From: a virus
Reading direction: 5' to 3' (one strand)
Virus genome (UHGV): UHGV-0147904
Length of the DNA stretch: 64,000 bases
The position numbers and the translations under genes were made by a program. The stretch's first letter is position 1; the number at the start of each line of letters is the position of its first letter. The notes under the pieces are model-generated. The model ran no database searches and had not been told where the DNA came from. It was given only the letters and a program-made list of their open reading frames with translations. Below are positions 54,467 to 64,000 of the stretch, piece by piece.

Positions 54467-55351
54467 ATGCCGGAAGAAAGTAAAGGCTTCCTTAGCGTTG
54501 AAGAAGTTGCAGGAAATACAGGAGAAATCCACAGCCTGAAGCCCAATAACAACAGCACTATACAACCCATCGCTTTGTTGCGTTTAGGTGTGTTTGTGCC
54601 AACCTTAAAATCTACCAATGTGGCGCTACGTCGCGGATCGTCAGTTACAACAAACACAACGAACGCAACTGAAGAACTATCAAGCCTCAAAATTGTTGAG
54701 CAGGAAGGCTATGAGGGAATTGAAATTCATGGTCCACGCCTGGATATGGATACTGATTTTAAGGTGTGGGTGGGCATAACCTCCGCGTTGTTTGACTATG
54801 CACCTGATGATGACGGTATAATCACCCTGCCATTCTCCGAGTTTGCCGATCGATGCGGCTATCCACGTAAGCGTCTTTCAAAGGCGTTCCGTAAAAGTAT
54901 TGATGACTCTCTGACACGCATTCAGCAGACAGTTGTCAAATTCCGCTTCCCGGCGGCAAAAGGTCATCTCAATAACATTAACGTCAACTTGTTGGCATAT
55001 AGCAGCCTGAATACCGAGCTTGATGTTATCGAGATCCAGCCGCAGAAACAGCTATCTGAACTTTACTATGTTGACTATAAGCGAATCCTGAAGCTGAAGA
55101 TGCTGGATAAACTAGGGCGCAAAGAGACAGCCAAGGTACTGTATACATTCTTTGAGGCTCTACCCGCCAACCCGGCACCTGTCAGCATTGAGCGCCTTAG
55201 AGCGAGGCTTAATCTCAAATCATCCGTTAGCGTGCAAAATAGCGTTATCAGAAAAGCCATGAAAGATTTGGAAGCTATTGAATATCTTAAATTTTCAGAG
55301 ATAAAAAACGGCAGGAAAATCGGCTTCCAGATCCATAAGCGCAATCCATAA
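54467..55351 (+). CDS. repA: RepA, iteron-binding replication initiator
   Basis: About 294 aa from Met MPEESKGF... (start uncertain); flanked by iteron arrays on both sides. Confidence 0.75.
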   Translation: MPEESKGFLSVEEVAGNTGEIHSLKPNNNSTIQPIALLRLGVFVPTLKSTNVALRRGSSVTTNTTNATEELSSLKIVEQEGYEGIEIHGPRLDMDTDFKVWVGITSALFDYAPDDDGIITLPFSEFADRCGYPRKRLSKAFRKSIDDSLTRIQQTVVKFRFPAAKGHLNNINVNLLAYSSLNTELDVIEIQPQKQLSELYYVDYKRILKLKMLDKLGRKETAKVLYTFFEALPANPAPVSIERLRARLNLKSSVSVQNSVIRKAMKDLEAIEYLKFSEIKNGRKIGFQIHKRNP

Positions 55352-55625
55352 TATTGACTATATGCGATAGCGAGAAGTTGACTATAGGCGACATTCGTTG
55401 ACGCTGGTGGATTTTTGCTGGCGTCAATATTCTGCAAGTCGCTATTGAGATGGCTTTTAGGCCCATTTCATCGCGTATAGTCAACGTTTCTCCCGACAAT
55501 ATCTTACATAGTCGATCTTTGGTGGAGTTAAATCGACTACAGTCAACTTTTGACTGTAGTCACATCGCGCATAGTCAACTATTCACATTAACCTTCGCGC
55601 ATAGTCAACATTTGCGCGACTCTCA
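55350..55625. repeat. Downstream iteron array in both orientations (incA-like copy-number control locus)
   Basis: About nine copies of the ttgactatacgcga core (tattgactatatgcga, gttgactataggcga, tcgcgtatagtcaac, tcgcgcatagtcaac and others). Confidence 0.75.
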
Positions 55626-55643
55626 TCAAGCAGTGGTATTGAT

Positions 55644-56453
55644 ATGCAAGAAGAGAAACAACACTACCTCTACGTTCTGGTGCCAGAGAACGGAGATACT
55701 TTTAAAATCGGCATTTCATGTGGTCCATTGGCACGGTTTAAAGGGCTACAAGTGAGTCCCGATTTTGCGCTTTCACGGGTCTATCGTGGTACGCGTTTGG
55801 CAATGGTTAATCTTGAGCGGGCTTTACACGCAACCTTTTTCCCCTGGAATGCGCCGTGGGAGAAAAGCGCCGGTGGCGGGCATACTGAATGGTTTACACG
55901 AGAGTGTCTTGATAAGGTTTTGGCTCATATCGAATATCTAAATGATATGTGGGGAGGGATTCTCGAGCGCATCAAGTCGAATGATTTACTTCAGCGTCCA
56001 GTAGATGCTGCTTGCTCTTTCGAAAAAGAGCTGGATGTTACTTCTATCGTGACTTTCAAAGATGACGCAGGAATGAGGGACGTGGCTTATGTCTCCATAT
56101 CTGGCTATGAACCGGACGCGATCCGCGCTCAATGTGAATTGCTGAAAGCAATGTTTATGCTTCGGACTAAATATCCCTGGGAGACAGGGCGGGTGTGCTT
56201 CCCTATGGAAGAGTTAACCGCCACCATTGATTCCCAGCTTTACCACGATAATCCAGAGAAGTTTTTTAGCCTTTTAGCCGGTAATGGGCTTAACTGTGTG
56301 TCCGGGCTGGGGCGAAGTAGAATCCAACATGCCTCGCTCTTCGGTCCCTTCTTTTACGATCGACACGGGTACTTTGAGGCTGAACTTCCGGCGCTTACGC
56401 GTGCTATAGATACTATCGATTTCGAACGATTATTCGCTGCTCTTAGCAAATAA
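55644..56453 (+). CDS. T5orf172/GIY-YIG-like domain protein inserted between incA and parA
   Basis: 269 aa; N-terminal YLYVLVPENGDTFKIGIS and later GGGHTEWF resemble the T5orf172 (GIY-YIG superfamily) signature; own terminator downstream. Confidence 0.5.
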   Translation: MQEEKQHYLYVLVPENGDTFKIGISCGPLARFKGLQVSPDFALSRVYRGTRLAMVNLERALHATFFPWNAPWEKSAGGGHTEWFTRECLDKVLAHIEYLNDMWGGILERIKSNDLLQRPVDAACSFEKELDVTSIVTFKDDAGMRDVAYVSISGYEPDAIRAQCELLKAMFMLRTKYPWETGRVCFPMEELTATIDSQLYHDNPEKFFSLLAGNGLNCVSGLGRSRIQHASLFGPFFYDRHGYFEAELPALTRAIDTIDFERLFAALSK

Positions 56454-56460
56454 CACTGAT

Positions 56461-56485
56461 GCCCCTGAACGGGGCTTTTTTGTGC
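56461..56485 (+). terminator. Rho-independent terminator
   Basis: gcccc tgaa cggggc followed by ttttttgt. Confidence 0.65.
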
Positions 56486-56621
56486 CCTCCTTGTAACTCT
56501 CAATCGTGCAAAATGAACCAAACATGCAGAGAATGCTATGTACAAGCATCTGTGCATACATTATTATTTTATGCAGCATTTTTAAGTAAATTCAAAAATA
56601 CAGCATAAAGGATGACTTTCG

Positions 56622-57818
56622 ATGAGTGATTCCAGCCAGCTTCACAAGGTTGCTCAAAGAGCAAACAGAATGCTCAATGTTCTGACTGAACAAGTACAGT
56701 TGCAAAAGGATGAGCTACACGCGAACGAGTTTTACCAGGTCTATGCGAAAGCGGCACTGGCAAAATTGCCTCTACTGACTCGAGCGAACGTTGACTATGC
56801 CGTAAGTGAAATGGAAGAAAAGGGTTATGTTTTCGATAAACGCCCTGCTGGCTCTTCAATGAAATATGCGATGTCAATTCAGAACATCATTGACATATAT
56901 GAACATCGCGGAGTGCCAAAATACCGGGATCGCTACAGCGAAGCGTATGTGATTTTCATCTCCAATCTTAAAGGCGGTGTGTCAAAAACTGTATCGACGG
57001 TTTCTCTGGCGCATGCAATGCGTGCCCACCCTCATCTTCTGATGGAAGATTTAAGGATTCTGGTTATTGACCTTGATCCGCAATCTTCAGCGACGATGTT
57101 TTTAAGCCATAAACACTCTATTGGTATCGTAAACGCAACATCTGCACAGGCTATGTTGCAGAATGTAAGCCGTGAAGAGCTGTTAGAGGAGTTTATTGTT
57201 CCTTCTGTTGTACCTGGGGTTGACGTTATGCCTGCGTCGATTGACGATGCCTTTATTGCATCCGATTGGAGAGAGCTGTGCAATGAGCATCTACCGGGTC
57301 AGAACATCCATGCTGTCCTGAAAGAAAATGTGATTGATAAGCTGAAGAGCGATTATGACTTTATCCTCGTTGATAGTGGTCCTCACCTTGATGCCTTCCT
57401 GAAAAATGCTTTGGCCTCGGCCAATATACTGTTTACACCTCTGCCGCCAGCAACTGTCGATTTCCATTCATCGCTTAAATACGTTGCCCGCCTTCCTGAG
57501 TTGGTAAAACTCATTTCGGATGAAGGCTGCGAGTGCCAGCTTGCGACTAACATTGGTTTTATGTCCAAGTTGAGTAACAAGGCAGATCATAAGTATTGCC
57601 ATAGCCTGGCTAAAGAAGTGTTCGGTGGGGATATGCTCGATGTCGTCCTCCCTCGCCTTGACGGTTTTGAACGCTGCGGCGAGTCTTTTGACACTGTTAT
57701 TTCAGCTAACCCGGCAACGTATGTTGGTAGTGCTGATGCATTGAAGAACGCGCGAATTGCCGCGGAAGATTTTGCTAAAGCAGTTTTTGACCGTATTGAA
57801 TTTATCAGATCTAACTGA
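56622..57818 (+). CDS. parA: ParA, Walker-type partition ATPase
   Basis: 398 aa beginning MSDSSQLHKVAQRANRMLNVLTEQ...; deviant Walker A NLKGGVSKT; matches P1 ParA length and N-terminus as recalled. Confidence 0.95.
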   Translation: MSDSSQLHKVAQRANRMLNVLTEQVQLQKDELHANEFYQVYAKAALAKLPLLTRANVDYAVSEMEEKGYVFDKRPAGSSMKYAMSIQNIIDIYEHRGVPKYRDRYSEAYVIFISNLKGGVSKTVSTVSLAHAMRAHPHLLMEDLRILVIDLDPQSSATMFLSHKHSIGIVNATSAQAMLQNVSREELLEEFIVPSVVPGVDVMPASIDDAFIASDWRELCNEHLPGQNIHAVLKENVIDKLKSDYDFILVDSGPHLDAFLKNALASANILFTPLPPATVDFHSSLKYVARLPELVKLISDEGCECQLATNIGFMSKLSNKADHKYCHSLAKEVFGGDMLDVVLPRLDGFERCGESFDTVISANPATYVGSADALKNARIAAEDFAKAVFDRIEFIRSN

Positions 57819-57834
57819 GGAGTAAGAAACCCCC

Positions 57835-58836
57835 ATGTCAAAGAAAAACAGACCAACAATTGGGCGAACCCTTAATCCTTCAATATTAAGCGGATTTGAT
57901 AGTTCTTCAGCCTCTGGCGATCGAGTCGAGCAGGTATTCAAGTTATCAACAGGTCGCCAGGCCACATTTATTGAAGAGGTAATACCTCCGAATCAGGTAG
58001 AAAGCGATACCTTTGTTGATCAGCATAACAATGGTCGTGACCAGGCATCTCTTACGCCAAAATCATTAAAAAGTATCCGAAGCACTATTAAGCATCAGCA
58101 ATTTTACCCTGCAATAGGTGTTAGACGGGCTACAGGGAAAATTGAAATTTTGGATGGTTCCCGGCGTCGAGCTTCTGCCATCTTAGAGAACGTAGGGTTG
58201 CGGGTTTTAGTCACGGACCAGGAGATCAGCGTTCAGGAAGCGCAAAATTTAGCGAAAGACGTTCAGACAGCATTGCAGCACAGCATTCGAGAAATAGGTC
58301 TGCGTTTGATGCGAATGAAAAATGATGGGATGAGTCAGAAGGATATTGCAGCCAAAGAAGGGCTATCTCAGGCGAAGGTCACGCGTGCTCTCCAGGCAGC
58401 GAGTGCTCCGGAAGAATTAGTCGCCCTTTTCCCTGTGCAGTCGGAATTGACCTTTTCGGACTACAAAACGCTTTGTGCTGTTGGCGACGAAATGGGGAAC
58501 AAGAATTTAGAGTTTGATCAGCTTATTCAAAACATATCCCCGGAAATAAACGACATCTTATCCATTGAAGAAATGGCCGAAGATGAAGTTAAAAATAAAA
58601 TCCTGCGCTTGATAACAAAGGAAGCCTCACTACTCACGGATAAAGGTTCTAAAGATAAGTCCGTAGTTACTGAATTATGGAAATTTGAGGACAAGGATCG
58701 CTTTGCAAGGAAGCGCGTGAAAGGCCGTGCATTTTCTTATGAGTTTAATCGACTTTCAAAAGAGTTACAGGAAGAACTCGACAGGATGATTGGGCATATC
58801 CTTAGAAAGAGCCTCGATAAAAAGCCGAAGCCTTAA
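57835..58836 (+). CDS. parB: ParB, partition centromere-binding protein
   Basis: 333 aa beginning MSKKNRPTIGRTLNPSILSGF...; matches P1 ParB length and N-terminus as recalled. Confidence 0.95.
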   Translation: MSKKNRPTIGRTLNPSILSGFDSSSASGDRVEQVFKLSTGRQATFIEEVIPPNQVESDTFVDQHNNGRDQASLTPKSLKSIRSTIKHQQFYPAIGVRRATGKIEILDGSRRRASAILENVGLRVLVTDQEISVQEAQNLAKDVQTALQHSIREIGLRLMRMKNDGMSQKDIAAKEGLSQAKVTRALQAASAPEELVALFPVQSELTFSDYKTLCAVGDEMGNKNLEFDQLIQNISPEINDILSIEEMAEDEVKNKILRLITKEASLLTDKGSKDKSVVTELWKFEDKDRFARKRVKGRAFSYEFNRLSKELQEELDRMIGHILRKSLDKKPKP

Positions 58837-58842
58837 ACTTTC

Positions 58843-58935
58843 GCCATTCAAATTTCACTATTAACCTACTGTTTTTAAAGTAAATCTCTCTAAAATTTCA
58901 AGGTGAAATCGCCACGATTTCACCTTGGATTTTAC
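58843..58935. promoter_or_regulatory. parS: parS partition site
   Basis: Heptamer A-boxes ATTTCAC/TGAAAT on both sides of an AT-rich spacer (caaatttcac ... tcaaggtgaaatcgccacgatttcacc), immediately after parB. Confidence 0.7.
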
Positions 58936-59061
58936 CTTCCTCCCCTACTCCCGAAAAAAATAAAAAAATTGCTTGTCACGAGAAAGTCAACAAGTGACTT
59001 TCAATAAAATCTCTTCCGAAAAGGGATTCACACAAGTGCCTTGTGTTTAAGGAAGAGTAAA

Positions 59062-60768
59062 TTGAGTAACTTACGCGAATACCAGAATCGTATTGCAGAT
59101 ATCGCAAAACGCTCTAAAGCTGTGCTTGGCTGGGCAAGCACTGCGCAGTTCGGTACTGATAACCAATTCATTAAAGATGATGCCGCGCGTGCCGCATCTA
59201 TCCTTGAAGCTGCACGTAAAGACCCGGTTTTTGCGGGTATCTCTGATAATGCCACCGCTCAAATCGCTACAGCGTGGGCAAGTGCACTGGCTGACTACGC
59301 CGCAGCACATAAATCTATGCCGCGTCCGGAAATTCTGGCCTCCTGCCACCAGACGCTGGAAAACTGCCTGATTGAGTCCACCCGCAATAGCATGGATGCC
59401 ACTAATAAAGCGATGCTGGAATCCGTCGCAGCAGAGATGATGAGCGTTTCTGACGGTGTTATGCGTCTGCCTTTATTCCTCGCGATGATCCTGCCTGTTC
59501 AGTTGGGGGCAGCTACCGCTGATGCGTGTACCTTCATTCCGGTTACGCGTGACCAGTCCGACATCTATGAAGTCTTTAACGTGGCAGGTTCCTCTTTTGG
59601 TTCTTATGCTGCTGGTGATGTTCTGGACATGCAATCCGTCGGTGTGTACAGCCAGTTACGCCGCCGCTATGTGCTGGTGGCAAGCTCCGATGGCACCAGC
59701 AAAACCGCAACCTTCAAGATGGAAGACTTCGAAGGCCAGAATGTACCAATCCGAAAATGTCGCACTAATATCTACGTTAACCGTATTAAGTCTGTTGTTG
59801 ATAACGGTTCCGGCAGCCTACTTCACTCGTTTACTAATGCTGCTGGTGAGCAAATCACTGTTACCTGCTCTCTGAACTACAACATTGGTCAGATTGCCCT
59901 GTCGTTCTCCAAAGCGCCGGATAAAGGCACTGAGATCGCAATTGAGACGGAAATCAATATTGAAGCCGCTCCTGAGCTGATCCCGCTGATCAACCACGAA
60001 ATGAAGAAATACACCCTGTTCCCAAGCCAGTTCGTTATCGCGGCTGAGCACACGGTACAGGCGGCGTATGAAGCACAGCGTGAATTTGGTCTGGACCTGG
60101 GTTCCCTACAGTTCCGCACCCTGAAGGAATACCTGTCTCATGAACAGGATATGCTGCGTCTTCGCATCATGATCTGGCGTACTCTTGCGACCGACACCTT
60201 TGACATCGCTCTGCCGGTTAACCAGTCCTTTGATGTATGGGCAACCATCATTCGTGGCAAATTCCAGACTGTATATCGCGACATTATTGAGCGCGTTAAA
60301 TCTTCTGGTGCGATGGGGATGTTTGCTGGTGCTGATGCAGCATCTTTCTTCAAACAGTTGCCGAAGGATTTCTTCCAGCCAGCCGAAGACTATATCCAGA
60401 CTCCGTATGTTCACTACATCGGTACCCTGTTCGGTAACGTGAAAGTGTACGAAGTACCTGCTGGTATTTGTAAGAACTTAACGACAGAGAACATTCAGTT
60501 CAGCTCGATGGATGTGCTGTGCTACGTCCGTGATGAAAATCCGGGTAAAGCAGGCTTCGTGACTGGTGATGCTGTCCCGGCCATCCCGTTCCAGCATCCG
60601 ACCACTCCGGCGCTGGTCAACCGTACCACGCTGTGGGGTTCGGCTATCAACGATATGCACCCACGCAACGGCGCTGATTACTTCACTCGTGTAACGCTGA
60701 CAATGGCCAAAAAAGGCGGGCTTAACTTCATTAGCGGCGACACGATTGATGCCGGTGACTCTGAGTAA
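59062..60768 (+). CDS. Putative major capsid protein (P1 gene 23 position)
   Basis: About 568 aa from the TTG at 59062 with AAGGAAGAG ribosome-binding site (the ORF track starts at 59041); first late gene after parS. Confidence 0.5.
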   Translation: MSNLREYQNRIADIAKRSKAVLGWASTAQFGTDNQFIKDDAARAASILEAARKDPVFAGISDNATAQIATAWASALADYAAAHKSMPRPEILASCHQTLENCLIESTRNSMDATNKAMLESVAAEMMSVSDGVMRLPLFLAMILPVQLGAATADACTFIPVTRDQSDIYEVFNVAGSSFGSYAAGDVLDMQSVGVYSQLRRRYVLVASSDGTSKTATFKMEDFEGQNVPIRKCRTNIYVNRIKSVVDNGSGSLLHSFTNAAGEQITVTCSLNYNIGQIALSFSKAPDKGTEIAIETEINIEAAPELIPLINHEMKKYTLFPSQFVIAAEHTVQAAYEAQREFGLDLGSLQFRTLKEYLSHEQDMLRLRIMIWRTLATDTFDIALPVNQSFDVWATIIRGKFQTVYRDIIERVKSSGAMGMFAGADAASFFKQLPKDFFQPAEDYIQTPYVHYIGTLFGNVKVYEVPAGICKNLTTENIQFSSMDVLCYVRDENPGKAGFVTGDAVPAIPFQHPTTPALVNRTTLWGSAINDMHPRNGADYFTRVTLTMAKKGGLNFISGDTIDAGDSE

Positions 60769-60828
60769 TCAGGGGAAGTTCTCCGTTTAACATAGCGCCC
60801 CCGTGCGGGGCGCATAACAGGGAAAGTT

Positions 60829-62418
60829 ATGTCTCAATATTCAATTCAACAGTCATTAGGTAATGCATCCGGCGTCGCGGTTAGCCCGATCAATGCCGAT
60901 GCGACGTTATCTACCGGTGTTGCATTAAATAGCAGCTTATGGGCTGGTATTGGCGTATTTGCGCGTGGCAAGCCGTTTACTGTTCTTGCGGTTACTGAGT
61001 CCAATTACGAAGATGTTCTCGGCGAACCGCTGAAGCCGTCTTCCGGCTCACAGTTCGAACCAATTCGCCATGTATACGAAGCTATTCAGCAAACGTCTGG
61101 TTATGTTGTTCGCGCTGTTCCGGATGATGCGAAGTTCCCGATTATTATGTTCGATGAATCAGGCGAACCGGCTTACAGTGCGTTGCCATACGGTTCTGAA
61201 ATTGAACTTGATAGTGGCGAAGCCTTTGCTATCTACGTTGATGATGGTGATCCGTGTATTTCACCTACCCGTGAGTTAACCATCGAAACGGCAACAGCGG
61301 ACAGCGCGGGTAATGAACGCTTCCTCTTAAAACTGACCCAGACGACTTCGCTCGGCGTGGTAACGACCCTGGAGACACACACTGTGTCTTTGGCGGAAGA
61401 AGCGAAAGATGACATGGGCCGCTTGTGTTATCTGCCTACGGCTCTGGAAGCCCGTTCTAAATATCTGCGCGCGGTTGTTAATGAAGAGCTGATTTCGACA
61501 GCGAAAGTAACAAACAAAAAATCGTTGGCGTTCACTGGCGGTACCAACGGCGATCAGTCGAAAATCTCAACCGCTGCGTACCTGCGTGCGGTTAAAGTGC
61601 TGAATAATGCGCCGTACATGTACACCGCTGTTCTTGGCTTGGGCTGCTATGACAATGCGGCTATCACCGCATTAGGTAAAATCTGTGCAGATCGCCTGAT
61701 TGATGGCTTCTTTGATGTCAAACCGACATTGACGTACACGGAAGCGATCTCTGCTGTTGAAGATACCGGTTTACTTGGTACCGATTATGTAAGCTGTGCT
61801 GTCTATCACTACCCGTTCTCCTGCAAAGACAAATGGACCCAATCCCGTGTGGTCTTTGGTCTGTCTGGCGTGGCGTATGCGGCGAAAGCTCGTGGCGTCA
61901 AGAAAAACTCTGATGTCGGCGGTTGGCATTACTCACCGGCTGGTGAAGAACGTGCCGTCATTGCTCGTGCGTCAATTCAACCGCTGTATCCGGAAGATAC
62001 CCCGGACGAAGAAGCAATGGTCAAGGGCCGTCTCAATAAAGTATCTGTTGGCACCTCTGGCCAGATGATCATCGACGATGCTTTAACTTGCTGCACGCAG
62101 GATAACTATCTGCACTTCCAGCACGTCCCATCCCTGATGAATGCAATCAGCCGTTTCTTTGTCCAGTTAGCCCGACAGATGAAGCATAGCCCGGACGGTA
62201 TTACTGCGGCTGGCCTGACTAAAGGGATGACCAAACTTTTAGATCGCTTTGTCGCCTCCGGCGCTCTGGTGGCTCCTCGTGATCCTGATGCTGACGGTAC
62301 AGAACCGTATGTGCTGAAAGTTACGCAGGCGGAATTCGATAAATGGGAAGTAGTCTGGGCCTGCTGCCCGACTGGCGTAGCCCGTCGTATCCAGGGCGTA
62401 CCGCTGCTTATTAAGTAA
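60829..62418 (+). CDS. Virion structural protein, possibly tail sheath (P1 gene 22 position)
   Basis: 529-aa ORF downstream of the capsid gene; assignment by size and position only. Confidence 0.4.
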   Translation: MSQYSIQQSLGNASGVAVSPINADATLSTGVALNSSLWAGIGVFARGKPFTVLAVTESNYEDVLGEPLKPSSGSQFEPIRHVYEAIQQTSGYVVRAVPDDAKFPIIMFDESGEPAYSALPYGSEIELDSGEAFAIYVDDGDPCISPTRELTIETATADSAGNERFLLKLTQTTSLGVVTTLETHTVSLAEEAKDDMGRLCYLPTALEARSKYLRAVVNEELISTAKVTNKKSLAFTGGTNGDQSKISTAAYLRAVKVLNNAPYMYTAVLGLGCYDNAAITALGKICADRLIDGFFDVKPTLTYTEAISAVEDTGLLGTDYVSCAVYHYPFSCKDKWTQSRVVFGLSGVAYAAKARGVKKNSDVGGWHYSPAGEERAVIARASIQPLYPEDTPDEEAMVKGRLNKVSVGTSGQMIIDDALTCCTQDNYLHFQHVPSLMNAISRFFVQLARQMKHSPDGITAAGLTKGMTKLLDRFVASGALVAPRDPDADGTEPYVLKVTQAEFDKWEVVWACCPTGVARRIQGVPLLIK

Positions 62419-62427
62419 GGGAATACA

Positions 62428-63243
62428 ATGAGCAAAAACTTTTTTCAATCCGGGGCATTTTTGGGGAATGGACTGTCTCGTTTCGCTTTGAACTCTGATC
62501 CTGTGCAGCTGATGGAGTCTGCCCGAGCAAGCGCTGAACCGCCAACAGATCCGGTTATTAATAATAATCCGGAACCGGCGGCACAGACTAACGATAACGT
62601 TCCATCTGCCCAGGCTCCTGAGCAAATCCTGGAAGGGAAAGACGGTAAAGAATGGACCGTCGAACAGGCGCACCAGATGATTCTGGAAGCTGCAAATCGA
62701 AGTGCTATGCAAAATGCGTTGAGTGATGCGGCCGACGCCGTTTTCGCCTGGGCTGATAGCGGTGATCTGACTTTCGACTCCCTTGATGGTTTCGTTCAGG
62801 CTATCGCTGGTATCTCTGATGACGACGACTCCGAAGTTACAGAAGAACAGGACGATGCCTATAACGAAGCATGGGCAAATGTTGCTGACTTCCTCGCAGC
62901 ATGCGGTGTAGATGATGACCTGATCGAAGCACTGGCTGACGATGAAGACGACGACGCAGCTGCTGATGTTGGTGCCTCTATCGCTGGTTTAGATAGCGAC
63001 GACCGCGACGAACTAGAAGCGGCGTTTGTTGTTGCTGGCACTTCTGATGAAATGCTGACTGAAGCATTTAAGAAGGTTGTTCGTAACGGTGAGATCAAAC
63101 TCATCCGTAAACGCCTGCGTAAAAAACGTCTGACTGCGGCTCAAAAATCGGCGCTGAAAAAAGCGCGTCGAAAAGCCCAGACCGGCGCGGCAAAACTTGC
63201 CCGCAAAAAGTCAATGAAACTGCGCCGTAAGCGCCTTGGCTAA
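62428..63243 (+). CDS. Acidic protein with a strongly basic C-terminal tail
   Basis: 271 aa; Asp/Glu-rich middle (DDDDSEVTEEQDDAYNEA, DDEDDDAAADVG) and Lys/Arg-rich C-terminus. Confidence 0.4.
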   Translation: MSKNFFQSGAFLGNGLSRFALNSDPVQLMESARASAEPPTDPVINNNPEPAAQTNDNVPSAQAPEQILEGKDGKEWTVEQAHQMILEAANRSAMQNALSDAADAVFAWADSGDLTFDSLDGFVQAIAGISDDDDSEVTEEQDDAYNEAWANVADFLAACGVDDDLIEALADDEDDDAAADVGASIAGLDSDDRDELEAAFVVAGTSDEMLTEAFKKVVRNGEIKLIRKRLRKKRLTAAQKSALKKARRKAQTGAAKLARKKSMKLRRKRLG

Positions 63244-63249
63244 AGGAGG

Positions 63250-63273
63250 AGGCCGGAGAACTCCGGCCTTTAA
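63250..63273 (+). terminator. Rho-independent terminator
   Basis: ggccggag aa ctccggcc followed by ttt. Confidence 0.55.
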
Positions 63274-63278
63274 CTTGA

Positions 63279-63860
63279 ATGGCACCTATTCCTTATGGGG
63301 TTTACAGCCAGGCTGACGGTGTATCGCCATTTCTGAAAGTTACTTTAACGAACTCTCAGTACCAGGTTACCGGATATATCAGCCAGGGGGCGGCAATGAA
63401 CATGGCCCAGAATTGGGAAGCGCCGTTTACCGGTATGTCCATGGGATCTGTTGCTGGTGCCTTCAGTGGTTTTGCGCAGGTTGGTACTGAAACAACGTCG
63501 GTTGCCCGTTGGAACAGCTTAATGGTTTGGGAAGGGGGAACACCGCCGACTTTCACGCTGCCAGTAACTTTCATCGCTTTGTTTGACCCATTCACGGAGG
63601 TTTCAGGAGCTATCGCCGCATTGTCAGCGATGATTAGCCCGGAACTTAAAGATGCCAGTATTGGTGGTCGAATCCCGGAGCGCGTGACGCTAAACATTGG
63701 TCGCCGGATCAACATCATTGATGTCGCTATCCAGGACATAAGTTTCGATCTCGATGCGCCCAGGGACAGCAATGGGCATTTCCTGAAAAACACCGTCAAC
63801 CTCCAGTTGACCGGTTCTTCGATATATAACAGCTCCGATATTGTTCGGGCGTTCCAGTAA
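63279..63860 (+). CDS. Putative virion structural protein
   Basis: 193-aa ORF in the late block. Confidence 0.4.
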   Translation: MAPIPYGVYSQADGVSPFLKVTLTNSQYQVTGYISQGAAMNMAQNWEAPFTGMSMGSVAGAFSGFAQVGTETTSVARWNSLMVWEGGTPPTFTLPVTFIALFDPFTEVSGAIAALSAMISPELKDASIGGRIPERVTLNIGRRINIIDVAIQDISFDLDAPRDSNGHFLKNTVNLQLTGSSIYNSSDIVRAFQ

Positions 63861-63871
63861 AAGGATTTTAT

Positions 63872-64000
63872 ATGGGGCACAATAACACTAAGGGAAACCG
63901 TAAATTTATTAAGGGCCGCTATACTGCCAACGCGGCCAAAGGCGAACGACTGGTATCTTCTGAATTCCAGCTCACTTTTGCAGGCCATGAAGATATCAGC
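63872..64000 (+). CDS. Partial CDS, N-terminus only, continues past the window end
   Basis: ATG at 63872 (MGHNNTKGNRKFIKGRY...), truncated by the window edge. Confidence 0.3.
   Translation, partial: MGHNNTKGNRKFIKGRYTANAAKGERLVSSEFQLTFAGHEDIS

Noticed and set aside
54286-55625. Possible CRISPR array suggested by regularly spaced direct repeats
   Set aside because: Repeats are about 19 bp at about 21-bp periodicity with essentially no spacers and they flank repA in both orientations; these are replication iterons, not CRISPR repeats.

Overview
This window reads as a P1-like (Punavirus) temperate phage-plasmid segment, in reverse orientation relative to the usual P1 map around loxP. Calls rest on reading the six-frame translations and DNA motifs by eye and on recalled P1 biology; no database search or computation was run, and names borrowed from the P1 map by gene order alone are marked as such. 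Recognisable landmarks: ssb, SAR endolysin lyz, the 2255-aa antirestriction protein DarB, ulx/lxc-like small genes, mat/ref/cra, Cre with an intact loxP 420 bp upstream, coi and c1 with scattered 17-bp C1 operators, pacB/pacA with the GATC-hexamer pac site inside pacA, lpa, the doc/phd toxin-antitoxin pair, humD with a LexA box, hot, a long minus-strand block of small accessory genes (phosphatases, nucleases, paralog families), a baseplate block, ban helicase, three tRNAs, dmt, hrdC, an embedded spanin-like pair, an iteron-flanked repA, parA/parB/parS and the start of a capsid/tail late block. The most interesting locus is at 12.0-13.2 kb: where P1 carries the EcoP1I res/mod genes and IS1 (between lxc and mat) there is instead a compact AT-rich island with a single 346-aa gene that I believe resembles the DUF2971 family, a candidate one-gene defence or exclusion cargo. 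A second probable cargo gene, a T5orf172/GIY-YIG-like protein with its own terminator, sits between the incA-like iterons and parA.
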